Shown here one piece after another: positions 18,816-20,184 of a DNA stretch of 20,184 bases. A program made the position numbers and the translations under genes. The DNA comes from Eremomyces bilateralis CBS 781.70 (taxonomy: Eukaryota): NCBI GenBank assembly GCA_010015585.1, contig ML975149.1, one strand, 5' to 3'. The notes beneath the pieces are model-generated. The model was not told the origin of the DNA. It worked only from the letters and a program-made list of their open reading frames with translations, and searched no databases. Position 1 is the first letter of the stretch. Each line of letters opens with the position of its first letter.

Positions 18816-19291
18816 CCACCACAAAATGCATCAATATAAATCAATCGATACATTACTAAAATACGGCCGAGGGTCATAAATGGACCCAAGGGGTGCGCAG
18901 CGTAGGGAGCAGAACCTCCCAAGTTTTAACAGCATAATTACCCAGTCACAGTTTGCTGATGAAGTCCTGAACCTTTGCGGCCAATCACAGCGACTTTTGA
19001 TCTGACCGTGTGCTTGATTCATTCATCTGTGTATCTTGTATCATCATTGCCCTTGGGCGAACAGAGTCAAGCACACGCGCTTATTAGTACTGGTTTCATC
19101 GGTAGCTAAACCACTTATAATGAAATAAACAGCAGATGATATACTATAACTAGTTGATTTTGATCTATCTACGCAGACTCCATTCAGGAACCTTGAGTGC
19201 CGGACGGGTTAGACCCTGTTGTAGGTATATCGATCTCACTCGCAAGTAGCAGGGACGACCTCCGAGATGGAGAGGATGATCGGACAGGAAG

Positions 19292-20184
19292 TTAAACACG
19301 TCGTAGAGGCGGTGGCATGAAACCGACCGCGAATTGCTGAGGATCCTGTATAGACACATTAGCCATGCTGCGCAAGGAGTAGACGGTATGTAGTATGTAC
19401 GGAGGACGCGACGTGATAGAATGCCCGCCGAGCGACATCATTGTTCCTGGCTTGAGTTGTAGCAGTTTCCTGCATGCGCAATCGCGGTAGATCAAACGAT
19501 TCTTCGAATAACACCCCTTTCAGCGACTTAACACGCGAGACAGCTACATAAGTTAATCCCGGCGCAAAGTCCCGCTTATCAGCGATGTTTAACACTGCCT
19601 TTTCAAGTGTCATTCCCTGGCTCTTGTGGATGGTGATAGCATACGCTAGAACCAATGGAAACTGGGTACGCAGGCAGGCGACAGAACCGTGAACGAAGTC
19701 TCGGCGGGACCGGAATATAGGCACGAGCTTTTCGCCGTTAACCTCCCGAAAGGATGGACCATTATAGCTATCGAACGCAACCAATAATGCCGTAGGAGGC
19801 GACTTCCGGGGATCTTCAACGTCCGCTTCCCAGGCCATGTCGCGTACATTACCCATAGTACCGTTTACCAATCCTCGTTCGGTCCAGATATTCTCGGTAA
19901 GCATGACACGGCAACCAATAGATATAGGGAGGATGTTCTGCAGGTTACCAGCTTGTTCGGTAGTGGCGCTCGCTGCATCTTTCCCCTCATTAGTTGCAAT
20001 CATCAGGACAACTGGTCGGCCACTTTCGCGCATCTGTGTATGGTTGAATTGAATGACGTCTGCCTTTTTGGCGTAGACGTGAAGGGTATCTTGGAAGCTT
20101 TGGACGTCACTGGGCGAGAGAGTAGAAGCAACTCGCGTGGCAAGAAGGCGCCAGTTATCAACCGTGACATTCCCGGTTCGTAAG
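19292..20184 (-). CDS. PIF1-family (SF1B) helicase C-terminus, Helitron-like transposon type; 5' part outside the window
   Basis: The frame is open to the window edge (LRTGNVTVDNWRLLATR...). Motifs include RVMLTENIWTERGLVNGTMG, RTQFPLVLAYAITIHKSQGMTL (V) and GLTYVAVSRV (VI). A probable intron at 19400-19346 (GTACAT..GCTAAT..CAG) gives the C-terminus DPQQFAVGFMPPPLRRV* at 19292. Confidence 0.88.

Noticed and set aside
19148..19215. Canonical Helitron 3' end at A|CTAG (19150)
   Set aside because: No convincing GC-rich hairpin lies at the expected distance from the CTAG.

Overview
This is filamentous-ascomycete genomic DNA, judged from short GT-AG introns with CTAAC/CTGAC branch sites and fungal gene families. 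The region is transposon-dense and looks accessory. Intact genes are a secreted zincin-like protein (partial, left edge), a MAK1-like FAD monooxygenase, an aldo-keto reductase and an intronless peroxisomal acyl-CoA oxidase ending in SKL. Mobile DNA comprises a complete hAT transposon (20-bp TIRs, 8-bp TSD, intact transposase), an unrelated hAT MITE 19 bp away, a pogo/Fot1-type fold-back MITE nested in a solo LTR, about 8 solo LTRs of two families, a shattered Copia pol relic, and the C-terminus of a Helitron-like PIF1 helicase at the right edge. Between 11.5 and 15.1 kb lies an unexplained module: a catalytically dead kinase-fold gene with a damaged splice acceptor, a probable divergently oriented decayed paralogue, and a 220-codon orphan broken by two in-frame TAG stops. 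All calls were made by eye from the sequence; no searches were run.
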